This document shows, in pieces, positions 1 through 8,302 of a DNA stretch of 28,332 nt. The notes beneath the pieces are model-generated. The model was not told the DNA's origin. It made no database searches and was given only the letters and a program-made list of their open reading frames with translations. A program made the position numbers and the translations under genes. How positions within the stretch are numbered: position 1 is the stretch's first letter; each line of letters starts with the position of its first letter. Source of the stretch: Gemmatimonadota bacterium (GTDB lineage Bacteria > Latescibacterota > UBA2968 > UBA8231); assembly GCA_038153405.1 (NCBI GenBank), contig JAYOYH010000022.1, positions 1 through 28,332 of the forward strand, given 5' to 3'.

Positions 1-338
1 GCCTCGTCAAAGCCGGCCAGCCAGCCCAAGCCGCCGCGGTCCTGCAAGTTGACTAGATTGGGATGTACAGGGCCGCGCACCGGCGAGTTCCAGCCGATGT
101 CCAGTCCGTTATACTGGCCCTTCCAAATACCCATACCGCGCGTGGGCAGGATAGAAAAAGACAGGGCGCCGTTATCGACTTCAATTACGTCCACGCCGTC
201 GCCGGGGCCACCGCGCAGAACGCGTTTCTTAATGGACCAAGTCCCCTCCATACCGAGGTCGGCGGGCGTGAGCTCAAACGTCTCTAACCAAATACCCTCT
301 CCTGCATCCGTCAGCACCCAGGACTCCTCTTTTTTCAT
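1..338 (-). CDS. DUF4432 / aldose 1-epimerase-like family protein (5' part; runs off the window edge)
   Basis: Not in the ORF track. Manual translation from ATG at 338 (GAGGAG RBS upstream) gives MKKEESWVLTDAGEGIWLETFELTPADLGMEGTWSIKKRVLRGGPGDGVDVIEVDNGALSFSILPTRGMGIWKGQYNGLDIGWNSPVRGPVHPNLVNLQDRGGLGWLAGFDE, open to the edge. LRGG..GVDVI.VDNG, PTRGMGIW, GW.SPV..PVHP and GLGWL.GF.E are DUF4432 hallmarks. Confidence 0.85.
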   Translation of the reverse strand, partial: MKKEESWVLTDAGEGIWLETFELTPADLGMEGTWSIKKRVLRGGPGDGVDVIEVDNGALSFSILPTRGMGIWKGQYNGLDIGWNSPVRGPVHPNLVNLQDRGGLGWLAGFDE

Positions 339-416
339 GACCCGTTCTCCTCGTTGGACCGGTGGCGGCCGTTTTACAGGCGTTATTTGTTTTGTCGAGC
401 GCTACAGCGCGCTAAA

Positions 417-445
417 GGTATAGGAGATGGCGCGGCTGTAGTCAA
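417..445 (-). promoter_or_regulatory. Putative sigma70 promoter for the DUF4432 gene
   Basis: Minus strand TTGACT-N17-TATACC, about 80 nt upstream of the ATG at 338. Confidence 0.5.
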
Positions 446-460
446 CGAGCAGAGGGGGCG

Positions 461-489
461 TTGAAGCGCGCGGCCAACTAAATTATCTT
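461..489 (+). promoter_or_regulatory. Putative sigma70 promoter for the aldo/keto reductase
   Basis: TTGAAG(461-466)-N17-TATCTT(484-489), back-to-back with the minus-strand promoter. Confidence 0.5.
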
Positions 490-530
490 GCTGCTACACA
501 CCACGCAGCGTCGGCAACAGAGGAGACGGT

Positions 531-1553
531 ATGCACACTATTCCCAAACGCACCTTGGGCCGAACAGGGCTCGACATCAGCACGCTCGGCTTTGGCGGGG
601 CACCACTTGGCGACCTATTTGACGCCGTCCCCGAAGAACGGGCCCAGGCAACGCTAAAGGCGGCCTGGGACGCCGGCATCCGCTACTACGACACCGCGCC
701 CTTTTACGGCTACGGCAAGAGCGAGCATCGCTTGGGCTACTTTCTGCGTGGCCAAGAGCGCGAGGCATTCGCACTGTCGACCAAAGTGGGCCGCGTCTTC
801 AAGGCCGCGCGCGACCTGAAAACCTTTGACAAGGGCGGATGGATTGGTGGACTGCCCTTCACGTTTCATTTTGACTACAGCTACGACGGCATTATGCGCT
901 CGTGGGAAGACAGCCTGCAGCGCACCGGACTCAACGCCGTCGACCTGCTGCTGATCCACGACCTGGACAGCTTTTTCCACGACAGCGAACAGCGTTTTTC
1001 CGCCTACCTAAACCAGCTCATTACCAGCGGCTGGCGCGCATTGGACGAGCTGCGCTCACAGGGACTGATCAAAGGGGTAGGAGCCGGACTCAACCGCATG
1101 GGGGCCATGCCGCGCCTGCTCGATGCCGTCGATTTGGACTTCTGCATCGTCGCCATGCCCTACACGCTATTGGACCAAGAAGTGCTCGACGAGGAGTTTC
1201 CCCTGTGCCAAGAGCGCGGCGTGCACATCGTCATCGGCGCCGTCTTCGCCTCCGGCATCCTCGTCAACGGACCGGTAGAGGGCGCGCGCTACGCCTACGC
1301 ATCTGCCTCGGAAGAGATATTGGAAAAAACGCGGCGCATCGAAGCGGTGTGCCAGCGCCACGCGGTGCCGCTGCCGGCCGCTGCCATGCAATTCCCGCTA
1401 GGCCATCCGCTGGTCACTTCCATCATACCCGGCGCCATGGCACCCGAGCACATCGAGACCAACGCCGAGTGGTTCCAGCACCCGATACCGGCAGCGCTGT
1501 GGGAGGAACTCAAGAGCGAAGCGCTGCTGCGCGCCGACGCGCCGACGCCCTAG
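531..1553 (+). CDS. Aldo/keto reductase, D-threo-aldose (L-fucose/L-galactose) dehydrogenase-like subgroup
   Basis: LGFGGAPLG, YYDTAPFYGYGKSE (catalytic D/Y), LSTKVGR (K), FDYSYDG, LLIHD (H); GAGGAG RBS. Confidence 0.9.
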   Translation: MHTIPKRTLGRTGLDISTLGFGGAPLGDLFDAVPEERAQATLKAAWDAGIRYYDTAPFYGYGKSEHRLGYFLRGQEREAFALSTKVGRVFKAARDLKTFDKGGWIGGLPFTFHFDYSYDGIMRSWEDSLQRTGLNAVDLLLIHDLDSFFHDSEQRFSAYLNQLITSGWRALDELRSQGLIKGVGAGLNRMGAMPRLLDAVDLDFCIVAMPYTLLDQEVLDEEFPLCQERGVHIVIGAVFASGILVNGPVEGARYAYASASEEILEKTRRIEAVCQRHAVPLPAAAMQFPLGHPLVTSIIPGAMAPEHIETNAEWFQHPIPAALWEELKSEALLRADAPTP

Positions 1554-1728
1554 AGCGGGCACGCGCAGCGCCAGGTAGGACCGAAGGAGCGCAGGTGAAA
1601 TATACCTCGACATGAGGATCTTCTTTTGCTATGTATTTTGGACAAGAGATTGACTATTTTAAATAAAATCAAACAAAAAATACGAGTAGTTATTCAGTGC
1701 ACACCTTCATCCGAATGAGGAGCAGACT

Positions 1729-2313
1729 ATGGTACGAAAAATATCAGGCCGCACGTTGACGACGGTATTGGGACTTTTTTTCGCGCTATCAACGGGTGTA
1801 CCGAGCAGCAGTCACGCAGAAGTTGAATTTGAATTTGAAAATTCACTTGATTCACTTGCGGCAAGCGTTTTGAACAGCGTACAGCAAATCTCTTTCGACA
1901 ACGGCGTTGAGTATTGTGGAACGGTGTATGAGCTCGACGGCGTGATCTTGTCAACACCCGCAACGAAAGGGAAAGCAGACAGCTGTGATTCCGATGATGA
2001 TTTAGACGATGCTGCAACCATACTAGCGTCTTACCACACACACGGATCCTATTCTCAAGATGCCGATACGGAAGTTCCTTCGGTTGATGACTTAAAAGGT
2101 GATATTGAGGAGAAGGTTAAAGGGTATATTTCCACACCTGGTGGACGGGTTTGGCGCATCGACGGAAGCGAAGAAAATGCCGTTATGCTATGCGGTCCCG
2201 GATGTATACTCAGCGACCCTAATTTCGAAGAATGTGAAGCCCTACCTCCTGAAGAAGACTACACACTGCCAAAACTAATGAAGCGTGCCGAAGAAGACTC
2301 GGGAGATTGTTAG
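1729..2313 (+). CDS. Secreted DUF4329-domain (JAB/JAMM-like) protein
   Basis: Sec signal (MVRKISGRTLTTVLGLFFALSTGVPSSSHA-E), then EYCG, YHTHG, PSVDD and GYISTPGG motifs typical of DUF4329; GAGGAG RBS; AT-richer than the flanks. Confidence 0.8.
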   Translation: MVRKISGRTLTTVLGLFFALSTGVPSSSHAEVEFEFENSLDSLAASVLNSVQQISFDNGVEYCGTVYELDGVILSTPATKGKADSCDSDDDLDDAATILASYHTHGSYSQDADTEVPSVDDLKGDIEEKVKGYISTPGGRVWRIDGSEENAVMLCGPGCILSDPNFEECEALPPEEDYTLPKLMKRAEEDSGDC

Positions 2314-2383
2314 AGCACGACGCTGTACACCAAACCGGTGTAGCAATAGCACACGGTAGCACATTCGCTGTCAACGCATTACT

Positions 2384-2415
2384 GGGGGCTGCAGTCTCAC
2401 ACACTGCAAGCCCCC
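2384..2415 (+). terminator. GC-rich hairpin downstream of the DUF4329 gene (possible terminator)
   Basis: GGGGGCTGCAG (2384-2394) pairs with CTGCAAGCCCCC (2404-2415), one bulge; no strong U-tract. Confidence 0.4.
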
Positions 2416-2473
2416 TATTGCTCTATTAACAGCTGCAACACTTCTGCCGTTTTGCAAAGATGGCTGCAACCAA

Positions 2474-2814
2474 GGTGAAAGAGAATCACATCGGCCTCAG
2501 TGCCCAGATCGCCCAGCGGCTCAACGCGCCGTTCAAGTGGCGAAAGAGATCAATGTCGTAGCGGGTGAACTCCCCGTTCCCGTCGTTCCCCTTCTCGAAC
2601 AAAGGTATCGCGCACCGTACCGGCCGGCGCTGGGCGGCACGCTGGTAAAGGTGCCGCTGTGGCCGTTTAGCGCGTCGACGTTGCTCTCCGTCACATAGGA
2701 CCACGCGCCGAGCACGCTGGGCATAAAGCGCACGCGAGAGATGCCGTCTCCGTCGTAAAAGCCGGTTGTTTGGACGCGCTTCTGGCCGTTGCTGAACTCG
2801 GCGCTGCACTCTAC
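2474..2814 (-). pseudogene. Degenerate remnant of a DUF5060/DUF4038 (apiosidase-like/putative glycoside hydrolase) gene
   Basis: Three frame-shifted blocks: VECSAEFSNGQKRVQTTGFYDGDGISRVRFMPSVLGAWSYVTESNVDALNGHSGTF (DUF5060-like); PLFEKGNDGNGEFTRYDIDLFRHL; and, after a 1-nt shift near 2534, ERRVEPLGDLGTEADVILFH. No clear start, and the C-terminal part is absent. Confidence 0.7.
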
Positions 2815-3605
2815 ACTAGGTGCGCTGCGTTGACCGCTCCGTCGCCATAGATCACCGGGCTGTAGGCCGGCTCGTCGAGATGGGAAACGTAGTAATTGTC
2901 GCTGCCGGGCACGGGCGTGGCGCGCTCGTCGCGCAGGTGAACGGCTAGGCTGCAGCGCGCACCGGCCGACGTATTGGCTTGGCTGCCGTGAAAGGTCAAG
3001 CAGTGGTGCAGACTGACGCCGCCGGCCGGTAAAAGCGCCGCTACCTCCTGCCAGTCGGCATCTGCCGCCGCCGAGATCTGCGCCCGCAGCCCCGCCTGAT
3101 CCGACGAAAAAAAATCGCCCTGGTTTAGGAAGCCCCAGCGCTGCGAACCGCGCACAAAGCGCATGGGGCCGGCATCCTCGCCGACATCGCTCAGCGCGAT
3201 CCACGCCGTAAAGAGCCCGCCTTCTCCCTGCCAGTACTGCCAGTACTGGCGATCCTGATGCCAGCCCACGTGACCGGCCATCGCCGAGCCGGGCGGTTTG
3301 ATCAGCAGCTGCGATGCCCATACCTGCACGCGCTGGGACCCCGTGACCGCGGCTATCTGCGCGCCGAGATCGGACGCGCACAAGAGGTCGTACAGGGCGC
3401 TGCTGGCCAGGTGCGCATCGTTGATCTTGCACAGCGTGTGCGGATCGTAGCCGGGGTGCGACGACGGCGGCACGCCCGTATCGTAGCGCCCGTCGCGCAC
3501 CTCTACGAGCGCCGCCTGCGCCGCGCTCAGCAGCGCGCTATCGATGGTCCCATCGGGCAGCTGGCAGAAGCCGTCTTGTTCGTACTGCGCCGCACGTTCG
3601 TTCAT
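2811..3605 (-). CDS. Phytanoyl-CoA dioxygenase (PhyH) family Fe(II)/2-oxoglutarate dioxygenase
   Basis: YEQDGF N-terminus, KPP..WHQD (HxD), TAWIALSD..GPMRFVRGS, FHGS (distal His) and downstream R; ATGA overlap with the upstream esterase. Confidence 0.9.
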   Translation of the reverse strand: MNERAAQYEQDGFCQLPDGTIDSALLSAAQAALVEVRDGRYDTGVPPSSHPGYDPHTLCKINDAHLASSALYDLLCASDLGAQIAAVTGSQRVQVWASQLLIKPPGSAMAGHVGWHQDRQYWQYWQGEGGLFTAWIALSDVGEDAGPMRFVRGSQRWGFLNQGDFFSSDQAGLRAQISAAADADWQEVAALLPAGGVSLHHCLTFHGSQANTSAGARCSLAVHLRDERATPVPGSDNYYVSHLDEPAYSPVIYGDGAVNAAHLV

Positions 3606-5596
3606 GCGTGCTCTCCCTTGTATTTACCCTGCGTGTTTATGCCTAAAAAATCGACCAACGCGTCATTGGTAACGCGCCCGCGCTCAATCTGCAGCGACGC
3701 ATCCTCATAGAGCGCATAGGCGCGCTCGGCCCACGACGTGTCGAACGATTCACCAACGCTATGCAGCAGCAAATCGCACGGCGCCAGCAGCGCCGCCGCA
3801 TTGGGTAGGCCGCCCCCGCATAGAATACCCGGTACGGGTAGTTTGTCTAGATAGTCGCTTGTGCGGTCCGTGGCAAAGCCGTCCGCATCGACGACTAAGC
3901 GCAGACGCCCATCGGCGCTGCACAGGGCGCCGGCCATCAGCAGCCACAGGCCCGCCGTGCCAAAGCCGGCGGCGTTGAGCTGCCGATAGTCGTCTAGCAG
4001 ATGGCGCAGCGCCAGGGCGATATCGCCGATGCGCTCGGCATCATCCGTGCGGTTAAACGTACTGAAAAACGGTGCACTGCCGCGCGGCTTCTCCGGATCC
4101 TGCGGGCCGATATTAGCGCCCGTGCCAAAGGCGTCGATGGCATACACCGTCTGCCCCGCTTCGAGCAGGGCGCGCACGATGGGCGGGTAGAGCGCACCCA
4201 TGCCCTGCGAGTGCACTAGCAGCGTTGCAGATCCCCCGTCGCCGTACGGAGCAAAGCGGCGCACCGGCACCCGCGTTTCGCGCTGTGCGCATACGAACGC
4301 GCCCTCCTGGCAGTCGATACCCTGCCACTGAGTGCTGCGCGCGTCCTCAAATGAAGCGGCCGACGCGCGGTAGCCAATGGCCGTGCGCAGGGCACCGCCC
4401 AGCACGCGGCGGTTTTCCGCCAGCGCCGCCAGCGTCCGCGGCTGGTGCGCAGCAACGTGCGCGCGGGCGGCAACCACGTGCTGGGCGACAAGCGTTTCGT
4501 GATCGGTAAGGGCACCCTCGGGCAGTCCTTCGAAAAAGGCCAGCAGGTGCTCGCGCGGCTCCATCTCATAGGCCGGCTCCTGGAAGTCGGCAGCAACGGG
4601 CAGATCGCAGACGCGACCCAGCCAGCGATAGACCGCCTCGCGCATCGCCTTGTTATAGCCGTGCGGCGCGTCGATTTGCACCTCTTCGACTCGGTCGCCC
4701 GCCCCGTATAGCTCGTAGATCTTTTTGATCGCCGGATACTCGACCTGGGGCGTGTGCGCCGTCCAGTCCTGCGCCGAGGAAACCAGCAGCAGCGGCTTGG
4801 GGGCAATAGTCGCGCCGATGTCGACGTTATTCGTGTCAATGCGCAGCGCCGGCGCATTTTCGCAGATGCATCCGCCCTGCATATAGGCCGAAACCATGCA
4901 CACCGGTGCGGCCGCCGCTAGGCGATCGTCGACGGCGTAGAGGTTGTAGGTCTGCGTGCCACCGCCCGACTCGCCCGTGCAAACCAGTCGCTGCGAATCG
5001 ACCTCGGGCAGCCCCTCGACAAAGTCCAGCGCGCGGATCGCGTTCCACAGCTGCAAGCCGAGAATGGAAAAGTTCCACAGTAGCTGCTCGTCGCCGGAAC
5101 GCTGCCAAAAAGCGCGGTGCACGGCGCCGTAGTCTTCGTCTTGGTAGGCGCCCGACAGGTGACGCGCGCTGTCGTTATAGTCGACCATATCCCACATAAA
5201 GGCCGTGCAGCCGATGCGCGCCAGCGTCAGACCACGTGCCAAATAGGAAGCGGCATCGCTTTCATTGAGGCGGCCTAGTCTCGCATGCCCGTGCGGAGCC
5301 AACACGCCCGGGTGACCACCGGGCTTGGGGTCGAGCGGCCGGAAGAGCGTGCCACCGACGTGGAAATTGGGCAGGCTCTGGAAAGACACCTTCTCGATGC
5401 TGTAGCCGTCGCGCTCGATGCGATCCCAAATGCGCGCATCCAGCGGCGGTTTGTCCGGCATCGGCGCTAGACCCGCGGCAAAGAGCACCTGCTCTCGCAG
5501 GCGTGCGCGCTCAGCCTCCCAGTCGGCGCGACGGGCATAGACCGTGGGAACAAACTCTGCATGCGTATGGGGTATATCCTGCCATCTGGGATCCAC
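3602..5596 (-). CDS. Two-domain alpha/beta-hydrolase (acetyl xylan esterase-like)
   Basis: YSIEKVSFQS, PHGH, GESGGG nucleophile elbow, QGGCICEN, DWT, HGYN; GTG start with AAGGAG RBS. Confidence 0.85.
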   Translation of the reverse strand: MDPRWQDIPHTHAEFVPTVYARRADWEAERARLREQVLFAAGLAPMPDKPPLDARIWDRIERDGYSIEKVSFQSLPNFHVGGTLFRPLDPKPGGHPGVLAPHGHARLGRLNESDAASYLARGLTLARIGCTAFMWDMVDYNDSARHLSGAYQDEDYGAVHRAFWQRSGDEQLLWNFSILGLQLWNAIRALDFVEGLPEVDSQRLVCTGESGGGTQTYNLYAVDDRLAAAAPVCMVSAYMQGGCICENAPALRIDTNNVDIGATIAPKPLLLVSSAQDWTAHTPQVEYPAIKKIYELYGAGDRVEEVQIDAPHGYNKAMREAVYRWLGRVCDLPVAADFQEPAYEMEPREHLLAFFEGLPEGALTDHETLVAQHVVAARAHVAAHQPRTLAALAENRRVLGGALRTAIGYRASAASFEDARSTQWQGIDCQEGAFVCAQRETRVPVRRFAPYGDGGSATLLVHSQGMGALYPPIVRALLEAGQTVYAIDAFGTGANIGPQDPEKPRGSAPFFSTFNRTDDAERIGDIALALRHLLDDYRQLNAAGFGTAGLWLLMAGALCSADGRLRLVVDADGFATDRTSDYLDKLPVPGILCGGGLPNAAALLAPCDLLLHSVGESFDTSWAERAYALYEDASLQIERGRVTNDALVDFLGINTQGKYKGEHA

Positions 5597-5773
5597 GGCA
5601 CTCGCTCCTTTTTTTTGAACGCTTGGGCTGCTACACAGCGCGCACTAAGAAATGCCGAGCGGCGACTGCTGGCAAATGCAATATCGCCACCCGGCACGTG
5701 TTTTACATACCGCGCGTAGCATCTATATTTATCCGCGCGTTTCCACTGCAAAAAACCACTATGCGAGAGTGCC

Positions 5774-6775
5774 ATGCACGCCAACGCCGTCGTATTTACC
5801 GCACCCAACACCGTCGAGTACGCGCCCGTCACCACGCCCGAGCCCGGCCCGGCCGACGTCGTCGTGCGCGTTACCCATTCGTGGATCAGCAACGGGACGG
5901 AAGGATCCTTTCTGCGCGGCGAGCGCATCGAAGGCGATACGCCCTACAGCGGCCAACAAGATCCCTGGCCCTTTCCCATTGTGGCCGGCTACCAGAAAAT
6001 CGGCGTCGTCGAATGGGTCGGTGAACAGATCAAAGACCTAGCCGTCGGCGAAACGGTCTTTGCCACTATGGGCAAGGTCGAGGGCATGTATCGCGAGCGC
6101 GCCGGACAGATTTCGCCGTCCGTTGGCGGGCGCGAGGGCATCTGGAAATTGCCCGACGGCGTCGATCCGCTGGCCTTTGCCGGGCTGGTGCTAACGCAGG
6201 TCGGCTACAATGCCGGCACGCGCCCGCGGCTGGAAATCGGCGACGGTGCCGTCGTCATCGGCGACGGCCTAGTCGGCCAGTGGAGTGCGCAAACGCTGGC
6301 CTGGCGCGGCGCGCAGGTGCTGTTAGTAGGTCGTCACCCAGACCGTCTAGAAAAATTTGCCAACGCGCCCTACTGCCACGTGGTCAACGCGCGCGAAGAA
6401 GACTGGATTGCCAAAGCCAAGGCGCTGTTTCCCAGCGGCGCGCAGGCCGCCGTCGACACCGTTGGCTCTATTGAGGTGATGGAGCAGTTTCAGCAGGTCG
6501 TGCGCCGCTGTGGCCATCTGGTATCGGCGGGTTTTTACGGCACGCAGGACGTGATGGCGCTGCAGCCGCCGCGCTACGGCGAGTACTCCGTCGATCTGGT
6601 ATCCGGCTGGCAGCCGCGGCGCATGGACGAGACGCTGCACCTAATCGCGGCCGGCCACCTGCAAACGCTGCCGCTGATCACGCATCGCTTTCCGGTTGCG
6701 CAGGCGGCCGACGCCTGGGCGCTGATCGAGTCCAAGCGCGAACCGATGCTCGGCGTTATTCTCGACTGGCAATGA
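5774..6775 (+). CDS. MDR-family (zinc-type alcohol dehydrogenase-like) oxidoreductase, probably lacking catalytic Zn
   Basis: GroES-like N-domain with ISNGTE and PIVAGYQ in place of the C..GHE ligands; Rossmann GDGLVG; LITHRFP C-terminus. Confidence 0.85.
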   Translation: MHANAVVFTAPNTVEYAPVTTPEPGPADVVVRVTHSWISNGTEGSFLRGERIEGDTPYSGQQDPWPFPIVAGYQKIGVVEWVGEQIKDLAVGETVFATMGKVEGMYRERAGQISPSVGGREGIWKLPDGVDPLAFAGLVLTQVGYNAGTRPRLEIGDGAVVIGDGLVGQWSAQTLAWRGAQVLLVGRHPDRLEKFANAPYCHVVNAREEDWIAKAKALFPSGAQAAVDTVGSIEVMEQFQQVVRRCGHLVSAGFYGTQDVMALQPPRYGEYSVDLVSGWQPRRMDETLHLIAAGHLQTLPLITHRFPVAQAADAWALIESKREPMLGVILDWQ

Positions 6776-6819
6776 GCGCAGACGGCACCGTAACTCCACT
6801 TCGCAAGGATAGACTACCT

Positions 6820-7818
6820 ATGTCTACAGCCATACCCTCTACCGCCCACGTCCTGCAGTTTAGCGCACCGGGACGGCCCGAGTGGCGCCCCATGCCCGTT
6901 CTGGAACCGCAGCAGGGCGAAGTGCTCATGAAGGTCAACGCCATCACCACCTGTCCGCACTGGGACCTGCACATCAACGACGGCGAGCCAATGTTTCCCC
7001 ATATGCGGCTAGACTACCCCTATACGCCGGGCCAGCCCGGGCACGAAGCCGTGGGCCAAGTCGCAGCGCTGGGGCCGGGCGTCGAGGGGTTTGAGGTTGG
7101 ACAGCGCGTAGTGGCGTGGCGCGATCGCGGCCTAGCCGTGCGCCAGGGCTGCTACGCTCAATATGTTCCCTTTGCCACCGACAGCCTGCTGCCGGTGCCC
7201 GATCACGTGCCCGACGAAAAGGTCGTGTCCCTCGAACTGGCTATGTGCGTGCAGGTCTCGTTTGATCAGCTCAAGGTCTTTGGCGGGGTGGAGGGCAAGC
7301 GAGTTGGCATCTCGGGACTCGGGCCGGCTGGACTGCTCGCCGCACAGATGGCGCTGGCCTACGGCGCCAGCGAAGTCGTCGCCTTCGACCCCCTGTCCGA
7401 ACGCCGCGCATTCGCCCAACAAATCGGCATTGAGCGCGCGCTGCCGCCCGACGCAGACGCCTTTGCCGCCGATCGCTTTGCCGACGGCGCGCTCGACCTG
7501 AGCATCGACTGCACGGGATTCAAATCGGCCATCCAGTATCTGATGGACCGCACGCGCACGGCCGTGACCATTTTTGGCGTGCTGCGCGAGACCATCGAAT
7601 ACGCCGCCTCGCATCGGCGCGGCGGCCTAGCGCTGGTCGGCTACGAAAACCACAACCTCGGCGCCGGCCAGCGCGCGCTGGGGCTAATTGCCGACGGCAA
7701 GCTCGACATCGAGCCGCTGGCTACGTGTGCGCTGCCCTTCACGCGCTATGCCGAAGGCGTGCAGATGCTGCGCAACAAGGAGGCGATTAAAGTGCGCTTT
7801 CTGCCCTGGGCCGAATAA
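6820..7818 (+). CDS. Zinc-dependent MDR alcohol dehydrogenase
   Basis: TCPHWD, PGHEAVG, GLGPAG, DCTG. Start placed at ATG 6820 (AAGGA upstream); the alternative is ATG 6772, overlapping the upstream stop. Confidence 0.85.
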   Translation: MSTAIPSTAHVLQFSAPGRPEWRPMPVLEPQQGEVLMKVNAITTCPHWDLHINDGEPMFPHMRLDYPYTPGQPGHEAVGQVAALGPGVEGFEVGQRVVAWRDRGLAVRQGCYAQYVPFATDSLLPVPDHVPDEKVVSLELAMCVQVSFDQLKVFGGVEGKRVGISGLGPAGLLAAQMALAYGASEVVAFDPLSERRAFAQQIGIERALPPDADAFAADRFADGALDLSIDCTGFKSAIQYLMDRTRTAVTIFGVLRETIEYAASHRRGGLALVGYENHNLGAGQRALGLIADGKLDIEPLATCALPFTRYAEGVQMLRNKEAIKVRFLPWAE

Positions 7819-7857
7819 GCGCACGCGCTCGACCAAACCTACTTGCGAGAGGAAACC

Positions 7858-8271
7858 ATGTTGCCGCGACACATTTTGTATATGCTGTGTTCGCTAGTCG
7901 TAGCCCTACTGGCTGCAGGCTGTCGTTCCACCATGCCCCAGGCGCACGCGCCGGCTTCGCTGCCGGCACGCGTCGTCAGCATTAGCCAAGAGTACGCCAA
8001 TATCAATACAGACGTCAGCGAAGAAGCGCTTGCAACCTTGGGAATCGTGCGCGGAACGCGGTTTACCGCGCGGTTTGGCAAGAAAACGATGAGCGCGCTG
8101 CTGGGCGATGACTACGGCGATGTCCCGCGCGGCGACTGGGTAGCGCTTATCGAACGAGACGAAGGCGATTCGACGCACACCTACCTGCAGCTAGCTATTA
8201 GCTTTGGCAACGCCGCAACCGAAATCGGATGCGCCGTCGGCGATACGCTGTTTGTCGAGCGACCGCACTAG
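7858..8271 (+). CDS. Lipoprotein consisting of a stand-alone SAM hydroxide adenosyltransferase/chlorinase/fluorinase (DUF62) C-terminal-like domain
   Basis: Lipobox LLAAG-C, then VVSISQEYANINTDV, DYGDVPRGDWVALI, YLQLAISFGNAA..IG..VGDTLFV, matching the pattern of the SAM_HAT C-terminal beta-barrel; GAGAGGA RBS before ATG 7858. Confidence 0.7.
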   Translation: MLPRHILYMLCSLVVALLAAGCRSTMPQAHAPASLPARVVSISQEYANINTDVSEEALATLGIVRGTRFTARFGKKTMSALLGDDYGDVPRGDWVALIERDEGDSTHTYLQLAISFGNAATEIGCAVGDTLFVERPH

Positions 8272-8302
8272 CGCATTGGGTCCAGACGGGGCGCGCCCTG
8301 CG

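Noticed and set aside
49..423. Plus-strand ORFs 49..423 and 63..287
   Set aside because: Antisense to the DUF4432 gene, which has clear family motifs.
1825..1858. Micro-duplications GAATTT x2 and ATTCACTTG x2 in the DUF4329 gene
   Set aside because: Short, in-frame and in AT-rich sequence; no evidence of a functional array.
2314..2473. Recurring (G)CTGCA words and small hairpins as a CRISPR, IS end or ncRNA
   Set aside because: No regular repeat-spacer period, terminal inverted repeats, target duplication, or nearby cas/transposase gene.
2815..3432. Upstream part of ORF 2533..3432 as a real 299-aa gene
   Set aside because: An off-frame overlap with PhyH; only its last ~90 codons carry the pseudogene's DUF5060-like sequence.
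5609..5617. Poly-T run next to the esterase RBS as a phase-variation tract
   Set aside because: It lies outside the CDS and upstream of the RBS; an A-rich translation enhancer is a simpler explanation.
490..5637. 11-mer GCTGCTACACA at 490-500 and 5627-5637, both in divergent intergenic regions
   Set aside because: Only two copies and non-palindromic; one 11-nt match among about 2 kb of intergenic DNA is near chance expectation.
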